The position numbers were made by a program, and so were the translations under genes. Below, one piece after another: positions 60,001 to 64,000 of a stretch of DNA of 64,000 nucleotides; the stretch's first letter is position 1; the number at the start of each line of letters is the position of its first letter. The DNA is taken from the NCBI GenBank assembly GCA_030704615.1, contig CM060733.1, positions 8,618,001 to 8,682,000 on the forward strand, given 5' to 3'. Under the pieces are notes generated by a model that made no database searches, was not told where the DNA came from, and was given only the letters and a program-made list of their open reading frames with translations. Origin of the DNA: Takakia lepidozioides. Taxonomy: Eukaryota > Plantae > Bryophyta.

Positions 60001-62705
60001 TGTAAGTAAGCCACCTTTTCTGGTTGTGGAGCCAATGTGAGCAGCATGGGCAGGTTGTGGAATTGCCTGGGAGGGAAACGGTGTCCTGAAGTCCTGTAGG
60101 TACAACAGATCCTGTCAATACACAGAAATTGAACATAAATCTGAAATCATAGAGGTGGAAGACGGCAGGTCACAACCTGTACGGCGTCATTGGAAGGAAG
60201 CGACTGGGCAGACTGCTCCCCTGCTTGAACGCCCAAGTCCGGACCTGCTGTAGCCAGGGGCATTATGATAGACTCTGTGTGCACGGCATGTTGGCCCTCA
60301 GTCTGTCCAATGTTATTGTCAGTCTGCTGCTCGATATCCTCAGTTTGGTTAGTCTAGTGCTCAGTCTGCTCGCCGCTCTGGTCAATCTGCTGTCGAGTCT
60401 GGTGGACACTCTCGTGTGCGGGGGGAACGGCATGTTGGCCCTTAGTCTGTCCATGTTCAGCATCAGTCTGGTGCTCAGTGTCCTTAGTCTGGCCAGTCTG
60501 GTGCTCAGTCTGCTTTTTGCTCTGGTCAGTCTGTTGTTCAGCCTGGTGGTCACTCTTGTGGTCAGTCTGCTCTTGCAGGGAGGAGATCAATCTATCAACT
60601 TGCAAGTCAACTGTGTCTTCAGGGTTTGATGCAGAAAAAGCTTGACTACCGCCGACATCTAAATTATCCGTGACAACTACATCGTCTAGTTCTTCAGTAT
60701 GGTCAATGATAGGGGGTTGAGTTACCATATTTCGATTGGTCACGTAAGAATCATCTAGAGCTTTTGCAAGTGAACGAACCAAACCGGGCTGAGCTGAATG
60801 GAAATAGATGGCAGGCCATGGGCCACTTGAGAAGAATGGTTAACCGGTGCCCGGCTTATATCCTCAAACGATGCGCCAATATGTGAAGATGGCCCGGCAG
60901 GAAAAGAAGACTCCGTCAATGCACTGATAGAACTCCGCAAAAATTCAGAGATAGGGTCCCGTTGAGGCCAGTGCAGCCGACTCTGTTCAACGAGCTAGGA
61001 TCCGGACTGGTGGATAGGAAGTGTAGTTGGGTCCTCCGAGTCAGTGTGGTCGTGAATCTGCTAGACAGTCTGCAGGGCACTGTCATTGTGGTGACTGCTT
61101 TCAGTCTGCTGGACGGTCTGGTGATTGGTATGCTGCACAGTCTGCTGGTGCACAGCCAGGTCATCTGTCTGCAGCCCGGTCTGGTCATTGGTATGCTGGA
61201 CGGTCTGCTTGACAACAACGTCATTGGTATGTTGCACAGTTTGGTGCAGAGGCAGTCCTTCAGTCTGTTCGTCGGTCTGCTCGCTGGTCTGCTCATGAGT
61301 CTCCTCGTTCTCGGTGTGGCCTATAGTGCGCCCACTCTCCTGAACAGTGGCTAGGATAGTGTTGACAGTCTGCCCATGCTTGTTGCAGTGGGTCAGTCTG
61401 CTGAGCAAAGGCGTCTTCAGCAGCCTGCTGAACAATGTCATGGAGTCCCTGTAACGCCAGCACAACATCTTGTGCACCTCTGGCAGGGGAATCGAAAGCA
61501 CACTGCACGTGCTCGTCTAAATCGGACATTCCTGAAACAGATGAGTTGGACAAAGTGAATCTGACATGATGGTGGAAGAAAAGACCATGAACTTCACAAC
61601 GGTCCAGAAGAAGTCGGCATTACCTTCTAGGAGGTTGCCAATGAGACCAATATCTTTGATTTGGCATTCTAAGCATGCTCCATCGAGATGGCGAATCGCT
61701 GGCATGCGGTTTTCAAATGGGGAGCCGCACCAAAGGACTTTGAACACATCCGGTCTGTTCAACACAATATCGAACACTGCTCGCTCCATTACCACAGCAA
61801 ACCATTGCAACGCCTCATCCACAACACTCTTCTTACCCGCATCCAAATCTGAATGAAACAAATACTTCCTCAAACTTTGCAGGTCCTTTACCAATTTACT
61901 GTATGAACGGAAATAACCGAACTGCATCCATCGATGGTGAAGGAAAGAATTAGCAATACGATCAAAGTACTCTTCAGTAATTCCAAGCAAGTGCTTTCCC
62001 CGCACCCCAAAGGTAGGATGTGCCATGGGCATATGTCTGAGTTCCTGAGGCCGTGGGTCACGCATGAGGATTAATTGGACAAGCAGTGGCGGGGTGGCTG
62101 CCAGGGCAATAGAATGTGCGCTTTCGAGGACTTCATTCGCTTCTACCATAGTAAATTCCATGAAATAATGAAAGGGAACAAAATGCCACCGGCCGTCCAT
62201 GACAATGCAATGGAGCTCATTATGGCATTGACTTCCCCCACCCTTAGACGGGCAAGTGTCAGGTCCACGCTTCGGGATCAATGAGCGGCAAAGGCGAGCG
62301 CCAAACTCCAAAAAGTCTCGTGGTGGTCGTGACAATGGGAGTCTGCTGGCGTGGAGTCCGCTGGACAGCACTGTGGTGGATGGGTGTCTTCTGGGTGGCA
62401 GTCTGCTGGTTGGGAGTCTCCTGAATAGCAGTCTGCTGGATGGGAGTATGCTGGACGAGAGTCTGGTACATGGGAGTGTGCTGGACAAGACTGTGCTGAC
62501 TGTGAGTCTGGTGGGAAAGAGTCTGTTGGATGCCAGATTGGGTGAGCTCTGTGTCCACCGAGTCTGCAGTGAGTATGGTGTTGACCGGGGAGTTGGCGCG
62601 TGCTTTGTCTGCAGAGTCCAATGCTGCTATGGCGTCTGCTAAGCCAGGGTACTTAAACAAGATGTACTCCCGCACCCGCTCCACTTCCCGACGCACCGCA
62701 TTCAT
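57052..62705 (-). pseudogene. MULE accessory gene: unknown N-terminal domain, QQT-repeat linkers and C-terminal Ulp1 (peptidase C48)-like domain; disrupted
   Basis: Spliced IIVPIVEE/GQWSVVVIDVRK..HMNS...PQQPFSWECGFYV. Upstream ORFs 62259..62858, 61517..62488, 61061..61501, 60354..60782 and 59722..60105 are linked by frameshifts or stops; interrupted by a CACTA insertion. Whether this is a single gene is inferred. Confidence 0.65.
57117..58434. mobile_element. Non-autonomous CACTA (En/Spm) element
   Basis: TIR CACTAGAGGAAAAACGCGGAATAACCACT versus reverse complement of right end TCCTAGAAGAAAAACACGGAATAACCACT. 3-bp TSD TCC (57114-57116, 58435-58437); many ACCACT/AGTGGT subterminal motifs. Confidence 0.9.
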
Positions 62706-64000
62706 TGCTAAAGGAGGGTCGGAGCTCACCGTTCGCCAAGCACACATGGCCTCACACGTGCTGGCGGTATGCCACTGCACGACAAACTCGTATGCCACTA
62801 CACGGACAGTCCAGCAAACGAGATGAGTGGGCCTATCGTCAGTCTGCCATTGCTGCATTCATTAGGTCTAGCAGACAAACTCCTGATGACAAAGACGGCC
62901 GAGCAGACCCAGTACCCTCGACAACAGACTCATATGCCACCGCAAGGACAGACTGATGATTGAGGTTAAGCGGACTGACGAAGAGACTAAGGCAAGTGCG
63001 GAGTCTGGTGCGGAGTCTGATGACATGCCGCGACGTGACTGGGCCTCCTTACCGCCGTCGCTGCATTTATTGCGTCCAACAGACTTAAACCTAATGACAT
63101 AACGGCCGAACAGGCCCACTGCAAACAAACTTGTGCAACAATATACTCATATGCCGCTGCACGGACAGTCCAGCAGACGGAAGGTTCAACAGATTGACGA
63201 AGAGACTGGCGCAGAGTAATTTGCGCGACAACAGACTGATTTCTAACAAACTAATATCCCAAAAGACAAAGTATCCCTAGGCGGCCGGGTGATACGGGAG
63301 TAAACCGTAAGCCGCACTTTCTGTCCGAGTTCGGACGCGGCGCAAGATCACTGGTGCCCCTTCCCGCCGTCGTTGCATTTTGATTTCGTCGTTGATATCA
63401 TAGTTCTCTACGTCTAGAAAAGTGTTGAGGATTGTAAAAGCGTTCTTGAGGGCAGACTTACACGTGATCATAATGACGGCTCAACAGACCCAGCGCAAAC
63501 AAACTTGCGCCACAGTAGACTGACTTTGTGACAGTCCAGCTGACTGATATCAGAAGAATGGATAGACCAGCAGTCCGATGGCTCAGCGGACTCATGGCAA
63601 TGCGGATAATTAAAAGGTAGTAGTTAAACAGACTCATATCCAAAGAGACGGACTTCCAGCTGACCGACGGTTCAACAGACTGACGAGAGAAGAGACTTCG
63701 GGGATAAGACGAGAGAAGACACTTCGGAATTCGGCAGGCAGTGACGGCCCAGTAGTCCAGTGAAGAACAGACTCGCGCCACACCAGACTTGTATCCCTAC
63801 AGACCAACAGCCCAGCAGACCAGACTGATATCCCAGCAGAACCACGCTTGGCGTCGCCGTCATGCCGTGGTTGCATTTCATCCGTCCAGCAGACTTATGC
63901 GCATACTCATGGCACAACACACTGCTTAGAGAAAGTATTGACAAAGACGCAGTCGAAGAGCCTGTTGATCCACGCGCATTTGTAGTCGTAAGGACCTCGA

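Larger units (their letters stand above)
52684..64000. mobile_element. Large MULE (transposase plus convergent Ulp1-like accessory gene); right end beyond the window
   Basis: Starts GGGACGTTATGGCGCACGCGCGAGC. AGTC(C/T)G motif-rich subterminal regions in inverted polarity at both ends; two internal genes. Confidence 0.75.

Noticed and set aside
60225-62642. Plus-strand Leu/Ser/Val-rich ORFs as membrane proteins
   Set aside because: They are the antisense reading of the CAGAC/QQT repeats in the minus-strand accessory gene.

Overview
Eukaryotic nuclear DNA from an early-diverging land plant, most likely a bryophyte (moss-like PLS-DYW PPRs, PHD-bearing Ty3/gypsy remnant); the species cannot be determined from the sequence. 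The centre (about 18-52 kb) is a gene block: an intronless bacterial-type PEP carboxylase, a UBC23/UBE2O-like E2, a coiled-coil gene resembling synaptonemal-complex SCEP2, two head-to-head PLS-E-DYW RNA-editing PPR genes, and a PI31/PTRE1 proteasome regulator. Both flanks are nested transposon debris. Two observations stand out. (1) A Mutator-like element (2146-8854) carries, divergent from its transposase, a six-exon open gene ending in a beta-class DNA amino-methyltransferase fold, with an intronic array of covarying palindromes that recurs in a sister element. (2) Both DYW-PPR loci have upstream exons encoding an OSB-type 'WWDNR...PDFxHK' ssDNA-binding motif; for the plus-strand gene these splice cleanly in frame, implying an ssDNA-binding/PPR/deaminase fusion. 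All exon models and family assignments were made by eye, from motifs and splice phases, without database searches.
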